A DNA stretch of 64,000 nucleotides. It comes from the human T2T-CHM13v2.0 reference genome, Homo sapiens. The stretch is from NCBI RefSeq assembly GCF_009914755.1, contig NC_060928.1; one strand, written 5' to 3'. A program made the position numbers and the translations under genes. Shown here in pieces: positions 31,800 through 45,797 of this stretch. The stretch's first letter is position 1. The number at the start of each line of letters is the position of its first letter. The notes under the pieces are model-generated. The model did no database searches, was not told the origin of the DNA, and saw nothing but the letters and a program-made list of their open reading frames with translations.

Positions 31800-32135
31800 A
31801 AAGGCTGGGGTACCTTAAACAAAATGCTTGGGATCAGTAGAGTTTCGGATTTTGTATTTGGAAATATCTGCATAAGGAAGTATCTTGGAGATGGAGCCCA
31901 AGTCTAAACATGAAATTCATGTTTCATATATAACTTATACACATAGCCTAAAGGAAATTTTACACAATATTTTTAATAATTTTGTGCATGAAACAAAGTT
32001 TTGACTTTGGTTTGACCACAACCCGTCACATGAGGTCAGGTGTGAAATTTCCCTCTTGCGGCATCACAATGGCAGCTAAAAAGTTTTGGATTTTGGAGCA
32101 CTTCAGATTTTCACATGAGGGGTACTCACCTTGTA
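31800..32135. mobile_element. Tigger4b (Zombi) MITE
   Basis: aaatgcttgggatcag...cccaagtctaaacatgaaattcat...catgaggtcaggtgtgaaattt. Confidence 0.82.
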
Positions 32136-33495
32136 CACTGAGATAAAACGTAAGCAGTGTGCACATTACAATCTCTGAATCCACAACTGATTTTGAAAAT
32201 ATACACAAATAATTATCAGTAGTCTAGGACTACAGAGTTTCAAGACACTGACACAGGATGCAAAAGGCGGCTCCTTTGATTCAGAAGAGATCCCTAGATA
32301 CATAATTTCCCTTTTATCTAAGAGACCACAATAGTTTCCCTTTGTACCAGACAGCACAAACCCAATTAAGTGTTTAATAGATACTTTCTGTGATAAGTCC
32401 CTTTGAAAAACAAAACAAAACAAAATCTTATATAGATTGCCTGAAAAAGTGAAGTAATATCACTTCTCGTTAAATGTTAACCTTTAAATAACTAAAACAG
32501 CTAGTTTATCCTCTGGACTTAAAACCCTACATCACACTAGCTTTAACATACATACAAAGGGTAAATTCCAGTTGTTCTAAGAGCCAATAGAAGGTTATGA
32601 CTTAAGAGGTTGATTCTTTTAATTTAGAAATAGTCCTAAGTGATCTTTTAAACATGGCTGTTTTTTAGAGGGCTAGACTAAATCCAGGTGTTTAAGTACA
32701 TATTAAAATTAACATAGAGTCCATCTTCAGGGAATAATTCTGGATTTCACTTTTTTTAAGCTTTTATTTTACAAAGGGCTTTAAGTGAGAATATTTTCCC
32801 TTTAGCCCCATTTGCAGAGAGATTCACCATCACAGCAATAAACCACTTCCCAAAGCCATGAACCCTCTAACACTTCCCTCACAAAAACAGCGATTATTTT
32901 ATATTTTATTTGACCATTTGAGATGTCCGCAAGGCACCCATGTGGGAGAGACAGTTAGAATCCAAAGAACCCCAGGTGTGCCATTGTAGCGGTGTAGCAA
33001 GTCACTTAACTGTTTCCTCACTGCACAGGAGGGTCCTAAGAGTACCCGTCTTTCAAGGATGCTACAAGGACTATCTTGGATTCTCTGATCCTCCAACACA
33101 AATTGGGCATCTTACCATCCAATGCTACTCTCACACGAACTACCCACAAGGAGTCAGAGGCCACAGGTAGAAGGGCTCAGTACCACAAGACTGCCCTCAC
33201 CCAGGGGCCACCATGAGTACTACATCCCTAGGTTACCCATGTAACCAAGTACCCCGATAGTTCTCAGAATCGGTTTTTTCTCTCTCTCTTCTTATCTCTT
33301 TCCTCTGTTTCCTCACTTCCTACTTAGCTCTTTAGTAATGCAATTATAGCCTTTTACCTCATCTTCACCAGATACTCCCTACAGCAAGTTCATCTAACTA
33401 TGTGCTTAGCAATTCCAGAGCGGAACTCTCACCCACCAGGAGGTTGCCTCAAGAGACAAGACGTCAATTTATAACCCAAGGTATGCCCACTATGA

Positions 33496-33951
<456 letters not shown>

Positions 33952-34052
33952 GTCAGGCCCCCTTTTAAAAGTACCCACTTTCTGCTCCAAAAGGGAAGCA
34001 AGAAGCCTGTAGTTCTTCCGCTAAGCTAGCTTTGGAATAAAAAGTCACTTTC

Positions 34053-34700
<648 letters not shown>

Positions 34701-35787
34701 ACTGTTTTATACCAGACCTTGCTCTTGTTAACTGGACTCTGCAAGTGGTGGGTGACTGAACCTGCATTTTGGGGTTAAACCCACACTTCTGTCTTGGCTA
34801 CAAATTTGGGGGTTTCCACATAAGCCCTCCCACGTTCAATAATTCACTAGGTTGGCTCATAGAACCCAGGAAGACACTTATGTTTCTTTGCATATACATA
34901 AAGGTTTATCAAAAAGGATATAACTCATGAACAGTCAAATGGAAAGGATGCACCAGGCAAGAGGTGGGGGCAGGCGCACAGTTTCCAAGCCCTCCTGGAG
35001 CATGCCACCCTCCCAGCACCTCCGTGTGCTCACCAACCCAGAAGCTCGCCAAATCTCACTGTCTACTATGGAGGCTCCATTATGTAGGCATGATTGGTTA
35101 AATCATGAATCCTTCTCATCTCCCTCGAGGTCTGAAATGGAGCAGAAAGTTCTAACCCTCTAAACATGCTTTGGTCTTTGTGGTGACCAGGCTCAACCTG
35201 AAGATAACTACCCACAACAACCCCCAAGAGTGAATGATTAGCACGTGAAAGACACTCTCACCACTCAGGGGACTCCAAGGGTTTTAGGAGCTCTGTGACA
35301 GGAACCAGGGACAAAAACCAAATGTTAATTTTTTTTTATTTTATCACAGACTAAATGTACAAGTAGTGCCTATGCATATTTTATTAATCTAAAACAGTAG
35401 TGAATAATGCAAGTGCCTCCTCAGCATTGTATGGAAGTCATATGGATTCAGAGAGCCACCAGCCCCCATCCCTAGGGCAATATTCCTTCTAATGGTGATA
35501 GGTTCAAAAACGGACAAACCCTCTGGTCTCAGTGACCAGCTGTGAGCTGATCCTAGTATGAGGCTCAAAGCTTAGGAACAATACTGAGGAAAACTCTTTC
35601 CCTAGATGAGAACAAAGACACACATCATTCTGGAAACTACTGGCAGCCATCTTGCCACAAGGAGGAGAGCTGCACTGAATCCAGCTAGCAGAGGAGGCCA
35701 GAGCCAACATGGTGCTTTTCCACAGCCTACCACAAGGTCAGGACAGAAACTGACAATGAGCATGTTTAGAAATATTGACAGCAATTT

Positions 35788-36105
35788 GGCTGGGCGTGGT
35801 GGCTCACGCCTATAATCCCAGTACTTTGGGAGGCCGAGGCGGGCGGATCACGAGGTCAGGAGATGGAGACCATCCTGGCTAACATGGTGAAACCTCATCT
35901 CTACTAAAAATACAAAAATTGGCCGGGCGTGGTGGCAGGTGCCTGTAGTCCCAGCTACTCGGGAGGCTGAGGCAGGAGAATGGCATGAACCCGGGAGGCG
36001 GAGCCTGCAGTGAGCCGAAGCCTGCAGTGAGCCGAGATCGCGCCACTGCACTCCAGCCTGGGCGACAGAGTGAGACAACGTCTAAAAACAAAAAAAAAAA
36101 GAAAA
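35788..36105 (+). mobile_element. AluY with a short internal tandem duplication (gcctgcagtgagccga x2)
   Basis: 20-bp TSD agaaatattgacagcaattt (35768-35787 and 36106-36125). Confidence 0.95.
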
Positions 36106-36159
36106 AGAAATATTGACAGCAATTTGACAGAATAATTTTGTCTGTTGAAGCCAACATTT

Positions 36160-36301
36160 TTTTAATTATTTATTTATTTTTTTATTTTTTTCCTCAGACA
36201 AAGAGTCTCGCTCTGTCACCCAGGCTGGAGTGCAAGTGGCGATTCTCCTGCCTCAGCATCCTGAGTAGCTGGGATTACAGGCACCTGCCACCATGCCCAG
36301 C
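36160..36301 (-). mobile_element. Alu right-arm fragment with an internal deletion
   Basis: gctggagtgcaagtggcg joined directly to attctcctgcc. Confidence 0.85.
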
Positions 36302-36649
36302 GAAGTCAACAATTTTAAATAATGGGCTTATATTTGTTTTTTATAACTTTGTTTTCCTAGTAATTCGTTTTCCTAGAAATTCATTTGTATTTTACAAAAG
36401 TATTGGTCTGCAATGGTATAGAAATTTAAAAAAGAAAAAGTCCCATTCCTCAGACCGCTTGAGAACTGACCTAAAGATCTACAGAGAAATAGAACCACGG
36501 CCCTGATCAAACCTAAGCCTAACTCTTAATCTCTACTCTTCAGTTAGGAAGATTACCTTTACTGTTTAAACTTAGTTGAGTGAAATTTTCTGTGATTTAC
36601 AATAGAAAGTTTTCTACCTGATACAGGAAATGACTTGCCAGCCCACACA

Positions 36650-37123
<474 letters not shown>

Positions 37124-38229
37124 TTACCTAAAACTACTCTAGGAGAGACTGAAGAGGAAAAAATCCACTCAAAGACGCAAAATCAGATAAAAGCTTTTCA
37201 CATCCCTGCAATTAAATGGCCACCTGGAAGGTTTCCTTCCTTCAAACAATGAACCCATGCAAACATTTCTTTGTTCCACCCATTTCAGCAACTGCCAATT
37301 TTGAACCAAATGAATTATCCTCAAGCAAATGTCACACACAGTGGGTAGTGATTTCATTTTCCTAAATGGTTGTCAAAGCTTTGCATACTAAAGCTTCCAA
37401 AAAGGAGAACTGGAAAAATGACAATTTAGAGGTGGGAAAGAAACATGAGTTATTTCAAAGCAGCAGCCTGCGATATGGTAAAATCGTTCTTCTAAAATGC
37501 CTCCATCGAACATTTTCCAAACTGTAATCATTTCAACTGCTGGCTTTCTCTGTATTTATGCTAAAATGTAGCTGATTTATTTTTATAGTATTTTACCAGA
37601 GTAAAGATCCAAAAACGAATAGGGGGGGAAAAAAGGAAAGAAAATATTACTGTAGGTTTTTTTTTTTAAGAAGATAAGATCTAGAAACAGGAACAGTTAG
37701 GAAAGAATAAAGGATGAACTTTGTGAAGAAAAATGTTGAGTAGTTTCATTTCTATTAATCTAAGAAAATCCTAAAACAGAATGAGGTTACTCTAAATTCA
37801 AAATCCGCATATAATAGTTGGAGTGCATAGACCATAGCAGGGAATACCCCCTCTAAATAATCAGTTCAAGGCAGGGAACTCCCAAGTCTTACCAAGATGG
37901 CACAGTCTCTGCTAAGTGAGGTGTTAAAATGGGTAAAGTTATCCAAAGCTTTCCTAACTGAAGTCCAGGGACATTTTCCCCAGTGGTCTGTCTGAGATTT
38001 AGAAACTATTTCTTTTTTTCTTTTTATGATGATTTTTAAAATTAATATATAATAATGTAGGCATATCCTAGGCCATCCGGAGGGCAATCTTATTATAGCC
38101 ATGTAATCTCAATTCCCACATTTGCATTCATAAGCACCTACGGTGCCCCCAGACATAGTCTCAGGGTCAACATTGGCTCAAGTTTCACATCCATTTGGAA
38201 GGAAGACCAAGTTATGATGGTTACAAACA

Positions 38230-38690
38230 AAGAAGGGTGATATGCTCTGAGAAGCACACAACATCATCACTTCCATAATATTCTTAACAAAAATGCTTAT
38301 TCAGTCATGAAGAGATAACCAAAAAATTCAAACTGAGGGGCATTCTACAATACAAAATAGCTGCCCAGTACTCTTCAGAAAAGTCAAGGTTATGAAAGAC
38401 CAAGAAAGAGTAAGGAAGACTAAGGAAACAACCAAATGCAACATCTAATCCTGGATTGGATCCTAGACCAGAAAAAGAACTTTAATGGGACCTTAACTGG
38501 CAAAATTTGTATAAGGTCTACAGATGATGGTATTCTGCCAATGTTAATTTCCTGGTTTTGGTAACTGTACAATGATTATATAAGATATTAACATTTAGGA
38601 AATCTAGGTGAATAATACAGGGGAATTCTTTGTACTGTTTTTGCTACTTTTTCAAAAGCCTGATATTATTTCAAAATGAAAAATTGAAAA
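38230..38690 (+). mobile_element. L1MC4/5-type 3' UTR fragment
   Basis: aaactgaggggcattctacaa...atcctggattggatcctagaccagaaaaag...tgttaatttcctggtttt. Confidence 0.72.
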
Positions 38691-39475
38691 CTATAAAGAA
38701 GTTAAAATAAGGAAGGGTATGGATCAATAAAAAGGAGGCCTAAATAACTTGAATGTGTTAACCTGTACAATATCTGATAACATCCAGTGACTCAAGTATC
38801 AGTCCCCTTGACAGGTCTGCAGGGATGGCCCTTATGGAGATCTAACCAACTCGCTACGTCAGTTTCTCCTTTGTCTTTCCATGTAGGCTTGCCTCCAGAA
38901 CTCCTGTCTAGACCCCCTCCCAGCTCTTGTCTTTACTCAGCATTAACCACCTGGCACTTTAGTTACATGAGTCTCTCATGATTTAGGTTAACAAGAATCT
39001 GCTCCCCAGAGTTCAATCACTTTACACATGTGCTGAAAAATAACTGATTTCCAGATTACCATAGCTGAGAGCCAGCCCCTGGACTATAGTGATACAGAGC
39101 TACTTGCCCAGTAGGCCCTGCCCAAGGACCATTCTGCAGCCTGGAACACCTGTAAATTGTTTTGTTCCATAGCTTCCTTGCAAAGGTAACAGGTGGCTCT
39201 AACAATAATAGCAAAAAAAAAAAATGCAGTCTTCTCTAAAGCAGGGGAAGGTGTCAGAAGCCAACTTTGAATCTTGTTGAATAAACAGAATTTTGGAAGA
39301 CAAAACAGGGCCAAGAACCAAACTTATGCCCAGCTCAGCAAAGGTCTAGTGACTGTTCGAGCTGAGTAACCATTTCATAAGGCTCCATGAAGACCTACCT
39401 GTATCCACTGTGACCCAGAATGAGCCTTATAAAGCATACATCTATCCATGTCTTGTCTTAAAACCCTTTAATAGG

Positions 39476-39920
<445 letters not shown>

Positions 39921-39929
39921 CCCCTTTAA

Positions 39930-40440
39930 AGTTTTCCATTGCCTCTAAAACAAAGACCAAAATCCTGGTCACTGCCTGGTGCCTGGCCCCTGCCTGCTGT
40001 TCCAACACCTCATCCAGCACCCCCCGCCCCAGGCACATTCCAGTCCCTAAGCCAGCTTCGATCATTACTTCAAGGGCTTAATGCAAACCGTACCCTCATC
40101 TAGACTGTCTTCCCACCCCCATCCGCCAGCCCCCTATACATACACTTTGGCCTACGTAACTTCTACTCATCAAGATATACTCAGGTTTTGGCTTAAATAT
40201 CACTTAGCTGGAAAGGCTTCTCTCACCAACCTCGGGGACTAGACGAGCACCCTTTATGTTCTCATAGCACTCTATAATTACTCTTCATAGAAACTACCAC
40301 CATTTCAAATGATGATTTGTTAGGCTCTTGGTCTCCCCCACTAGATTAGGAGCATCCAGAGGGCAGGAACTAAGTGTGGTTTACAAACTCTCATACGCCA
40401 ATGCCTGGTACAGTACTTTGCACTTCACGCAATGGGAGTG
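39930..40440 (+). mobile_element. L2 3' fragment
   Basis: cttaaatatcactt...ttctcatagcact...tctcccccactagatt...gagggcaggaac. Confidence 0.65.
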
Positions 40441-40948
40441 GGCTCTGCCCACATCCTCAGCTTGAAATGAAATCCATATGCTTGAAATAGTATGGACACA
40501 GTAAGCACTCAAGTAAGAGCTACTAAAATTATGTAAAAATGGCTTCCCTCTGACTATGCCTGAAATTTACCACTGCTTTTTCTTTCCACCTGATGGAAGG
40601 GGGAAAAGTCAGCCAGGCAAAAGATGCCAAGCTGTCATTTTTTTCAAGGATACTTTTTGACTGTCAAATCAGCTCATTTTAGGATATTGAAAAACTTCAA
40701 GTTGCAAGGTAAAACATCAAGAAAGGAAATGCTTCTAAAATTAACACACTACACTTTTTTTACTCTGAAATAAATCTATACTCATCATTAGTACATTTTC
40801 ACTTCCCTCTGCAGCCTCGCTGTCATCTTCTCTTTCAAAATTCTGGTTATTACCACTACAAGGAAATTCAGACTCTTTCTCCAACACCAAAGACTCTACT
40901 AATAACTTCCATGGGAACAAAGTTCAACTGTAGCTAAAATTTCATTTG

Positions 40949-41236
40949 CTTAAAAAACATGAAAAACTCGCTTTTATCTCAGGTATGAACTAATAAAAGC
41001 AAGCTAAATCGCAGCTATCCTAAGTAGTCCCTGTTCACAGAAGGATTACCATTTAAAATCATAAGTTAGTTAACATAAAAATGGGGGCCTGAAATACCCA
41101 AACTGATTTTTTCAGGGTGTGTTACACTGTAACAGCAGCTAAATTCTCCTGGACCCAGGCAATATTCTCAGGCAAAGGATGAAGGAACCAAATACGGAGA
41201 TTTCTTCAGAGATAACTAGACAGATTCCTATCGGCC
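40949..41236. repeat. Copy 1 of an old ~285-bp local direct duplication
   Basis: Aligns along its whole length with 41758-42038. Confidence 0.92.
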
Positions 41237-41338
41237 AGGGGAGAAACTGGAGAATTCAAGAGTGTGTTAGTTCTTAGGCAGAAAACTATACTTCAGAGAA
41301 GTACCTGGCTGTAAAAAATGTCTCCACGGAAATGGCTA

Positions 41339-41683
41339 CATTCTAGGTGCACATAACAACACTTCAGTCAACGGCAGGCTGCATATACAAGGTGGTCCCA
41401 TTAGATTACAATACCATACTTCTACCATAACTTTTCTATGTTAAGATATGTTTAGATACACAAATACTTACCATTGTGTTACAATTGCCTACAGAATTGA
41501 GTAGAGTAACATGCTGTACAGGTCCATAACCTAGGAGCAATAGGCCATACCAGATAGCCTAGGTGTGTAATAAGCTATACCATCTAGGCTTGTGTAAGTA
41601 CACTCTACAACGTTCGCACAACTATGAAATCGCCTAACATGTTTCTCAGAAGATATCCCCACCACTAAGTGATGCATGACTGT
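41339..41683 (+). mobile_element. Tigger3a (Golem/MER7A) MITE
   Basis: gcatatacaaggtggtccca...gatacacaaatacttaccattgtgttacaattgcctacag...gcatgactgta. Confidence 0.9.
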
Positions 41684-41757
41684 ATAAGTATTATATGCCA
41701 CAATACCCAGAAGCTACATGCAAACCCCAGTGTTAAAGATGGAGAAGAACATGATTA

Positions 41758-42038
41758 CTTAAAAAACATGAAAAACTGACTTCTATCTCAGCTATGAACA
41801 AAAGCAAGATAAATCACAGCTAACCTAGGTAGTCCCTGTTCACACGATTCTCGTTTAAAATCATCTTAGTTAACAGGTAACTGTGGACTGAAACACCGAA
41901 GCTGATCACTTTTTCAGGGTGTGTTAAACTGCAATAGCAGATAAATTTTCCTGGGCCCAGGCAATATACTCAGGCAAAGGACAAAAGAATCAACTACTGA
42001 GATTTCTTAAGAGATAACTAAGCAGACTTCTATTGGCC
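41758..42038. repeat. Copy 2 of the ~285-bp local direct duplication
   Basis: About 20 mismatches in the last ~130 nt versus copy 1 (hand alignment); more indels in the 5' half. Confidence 0.92.
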
Positions 42039-42299
42039 TCACAATCACGGGATTAATATAATACATACAAGCATGCACACACACATATCTGATAGTGCAG
42101 TTCCTAACCTTTTTTAAGTCAGAGAATCTCAAGAAAGCTATAAACCTGCTCCCCAGAAAAAAAATGTTTACACAAGAGAGGCTCCCTTAACTCATCTCTG
42201 CTTAACCACCCTGCCAAATTAACCGGCGCATCCTACATCAGAACATGACTGATGTTTGAGCACGCTAGCAGCTCATAACTAGTAGGAGACTCTACCTGA

Positions 42300-43335
42300 G
42301 CACAAGACTACTCAATGTGTGGTCTAGGTGGGTGCTAGTCTGCCAACTGTTTATTACCAGTTGCCCATGAGGTAAGTACAAAAATGGTGAGAAGGCATTT
42401 AGAAACATACAGAGCCATTAGACATGGTTGCATCACCTAAGGGCCTAAGTATCTGACTCGCTTCATTGACCAACTCCAGTGTTGCTGATCTTGTGAGGTA
42501 CATGCAGCACCAGCTACCTACTAGTCAAGCTCTGAAGAACTACGTGACCACATATGATAGTTTAAGGTTAGTCAACTGCAGTACGAAAGTATTAAAATCA
42601 GGAATCCATTTCTTAACACTAAAAGTTCATTTAAATTTAAACATAAATTTACAGGATATATTGTTGGAACTGGCTACTGAAGAAGGACTGAAGATGAATT
42701 TTGACACGATAGCATCACTTACATCATTTTGGAGTAAAATTAAAAATGAATATCCTGAGCGTTCCAGAATTCCTTTAAAATGTCTTTTTTCATTCATTAT
42801 CATCCACATCCCTCTATAAGATCAGTTCCTCTACCATGAGTATTATTTAAGGAAAACTAGAAATAGTTTGGATAGACATTAGCCTCAAGACAAGCTTGTC
42901 ACCAACCCAGCCTAGTTAGATAGGTTAACAAGCAAGATGGGAATTCATTTGTGACATTAAAAACTCTAAATATTGATATACATAGAGTTTGGTCAAAGTA
43001 TATACAGAGGAATTTAATATGAAGAATCATTATTTCACTCATAACTTTTTGCTTAGTTATAAATGGAATAAAAATTAACAAGAGTAACAGTAATTCTTTG
43101 TGAATTGCCAAGACATGTACACTTTCAAAGTACACATTTAGAAATTCTTCCCTATATTCTGTTTTTTCCAACTACATTTATTAAAATGTAACTTTATTTC
43201 TGTCGTTTTTAAAAATAAATTTAAAAAATAAGGCTTGTATTTTGTTTGTTTGTTTTTTAAGTAAAAGTACAGGTCCACAAAAGATTGGAAATAAAAAAGA
43301 CTAGATTTTCATCACATACAGATTAAAAAGTAGTG
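42300..43335 (+). mobile_element. Charlie2-like hAT transposon with a decayed transposase C-terminal remnant
   Basis: ctactcaatgtgtggtc terminus; ORF 42466-42819 contains LLELATEEGLKMNF...SFWSKIKNEYPE, resembling the hAT C-terminal dimerisation region. Confidence 0.72.
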
Positions 43336-43339
43336 ATCT

Positions 43340-43905
43340 GCTCCCACCAATCAAGCTGTATCATTCCCTATGGTCAGATATGTTTATTCCTATTTACACC
43401 AGTTGTTCTTACAATTTAAATATATAAACACATAGTAAATTGTATATAAACACAATATTCAGAGAAATGAATGTTTTTTAATTTTTTTATTCAGATAAAT
43501 TAATGTTTCAACGAAAATGAAGTTGAATGTTTGAATGATTTGGAATAATTCAATAAAAGTTAAACACTAAAATAAATGCCATGATATTAGATGTGAGGAA
43601 GAAAACAGCAAAAGACTGGAAGGCAAATCATAAAAATCTAGGATTCTACACTCAAGATATTCACAAGTATTTTAAAGTTCTTACTTTAAAGCAACCTAAA
43701 CTGAAAACTGTGTAGATCATGCATCATAGGTGAAGTTTATGTACAAAACCAACATGGAAGCCACTTATCAGGACTTGGCCCCATATCAGAAATTAGCAAA
43801 CATGTTTGAAATAAAATGTTTAAGACATGAATGTAACATTTTTCACATTTCTCCACCTTAAATAACTAACCAGCTGCTGGTCATGATATTCCCAGATAAG
43901 AGGGT
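43340..43905 (+). mobile_element. Tigger13a-like TcMar fossil
   Basis: aaaaatctaggattctacactcaag...ctttaaagcaacctaaactgaaa matches my recall of the decayed transposase N-terminus. Confidence 0.55.
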
Positions 43906-45562
43906 CTACACTCTAAACACAAAATTCTGTACAGAATATTTAAGAGATTCTGGTCCCCCTGGCTCTGTTACTGAAATATAACCAGTTGGTAATAAAACAC
44001 GGACAAAATAAAAACAGAAAGACTCACACCAATCACAGAAAGCATAAAGAGTCCAAAAAGAGATTCTAACCAAATAAAGAAAATGAGACCATCTGTAAAA
44101 CTGCAAGCTTATTGTCTCTTTCCTAGTAACATTATATCTACACCCAATTCCCATAAAGAATGTATTTTTTTTTAGCAGTTTACAGCATTAACCAAATTAA
44201 ACCAGAGCCCTCAGAGGACAAGCTGGGTTACATTAGACAGAAAGCATACTTCCAGCTTCTTCCCCCTCCCAATCCTGCTTGGCCCCCACCTACCAGCCCA
44301 AAGGTCAAAAAACAAAAGCAGAATCAAAAAGTAATATATAAAAAGTCCCTTATGAGACACTGCAAAACATTTTCTCTTACTATCACTACAAAAAATGTCA
44401 GTAATTCTGGCCGTAAACCAAAGTAATCCAAAACCATGGGTTTAGTTCAATTCTGAACTCAGACATTTTGTAGCTTATCTACACTGGCCCATAGTTTAGG
44501 ATCAAAGTTTTAAGAAAAAGAAGCAAAACAAATGAAAAGCTAATGCAATGAGGGAAAATAACACAAGACAGCTTATTTCATAAAGCATTTTGGGTTAACA
44601 AAAACTAAAATTATAAGAAAAAAATTTGAGATCTTATTAATATCTAAATTGAAATAATCTGAATATGAACTCATTTTGAAAACAGCCAGAGCATGCCTTA
44701 CACCTCTACTTCAGGACTTAGCTGAATTAATGCAAAATTTCACTGTCAAATATATTACACAAATGCAATTGAATGAAAATAGTGTACCAAAAAAAAAAAA
44801 AAGCATGAAAATGAGCAATGTCTAAATAGGCCATGGGGGAAACTGGGCTGATGTCCTGGGTCCTGCTCTTTGGTTCTGGCTCTGCCAATAATTAACACCA
44901 TGGAAAGTGGTTGCCTTCATTTTGTGGTTCCCATCTGTGAATTCAGAGGGTCAGTTTAAGTACACACCACAGATGCTATCTGCTCTAAGACTTTTCTGCC
45001 CTAGAACTAAAATGCACAGATGATACAGAATTGAAGCTTTTCTGGGCAGTGAAAGACAGGAGGCAAACAAGATCTACCACAGTTAACAGCTCTGGACACT
45101 CACTGACTCAGCTGACAGTTATTCTGGTTATGAAACAAAGGGAAAAAATGGGGAGCTATGCAGCCCTGAAAGCAGTATCAAGAACTACCATGCTTTTCTC
45201 ATTCTGCATTGTAAAATGCAAACTGTAACATAAAAAATATTTTGCTTTAAAATAGGTTTTGTTCTTAATTTTGTAATTAACAAATATTTATTTTAAAAAT
45301 CAAGAGGAATGAAATATATTGAAACAAAGGGATTCACAGTGGTTATTTAAAGGTTACCTTATCTTCGTTCATACAATATTAAATTCTTTGTTTTATGAAG
45401 AGATGATAATGCAGCGATGGACACACACCTGGTCTGGGTCCAAGTCCCACCTACTAGCTGCACAGCCTGGGAAGTTTCAGTTTCCCTGTCTGTAAAATGA
45501 GGACAATATGGTTGAATAACATGGTCTCAACAGTGGTTGTTGGGAGTTAATATGAGTTAATA

Positions 45563-45797
45563 CAGGGTAAGTATCCCTTATCCAAAATGCTTGGGACCAG
45601 AAGTGTTTCAAGTTTTAGATTTTTCATATTTGAGAATATTTGCATTATACTTACCGGTTGAGCATCCATAATCCAAAAATCTGAAATCTGAAATGCTCCA
45701 GTGAGCATTTCCTTTGAACACCATGTCAGTGCTTAAGAAGTTTCAGATTTTGGAGCACTTTGGATTTCAGATTTTCAGATTACAGATGCTCAACCTG
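45563..45797. mobile_element. Tigger4a MITE inserted in a MIR
   Basis: cagggtaagtatcccttatccaaaatgcttgggaccagaag...gatgctcaacctg with TA on both flanks. Confidence 0.9.

Larger units (their letters stand above)
35400..36625 (+). mobile_element. Old MLT1-type LTR interrupted by a MER102-like hAT element (about 35700-36468) and Alus
   Basis: ggcagccatcttgccac (MLT1); gcaatttgacagaataattttgtctgttgaa and tttacaaaagtattggtc (MER102-like); ttttctgtgatttacaa...ctgataca end. Confidence 0.55.

Noticed and set aside
44022-44110. Possible 65-nt minus-strand exon (ttttacag|ATGG ... GGT|GTGAGT)
   Set aside because: Weak pyrimidine tract with a competing AG; expected by chance in 64 kb
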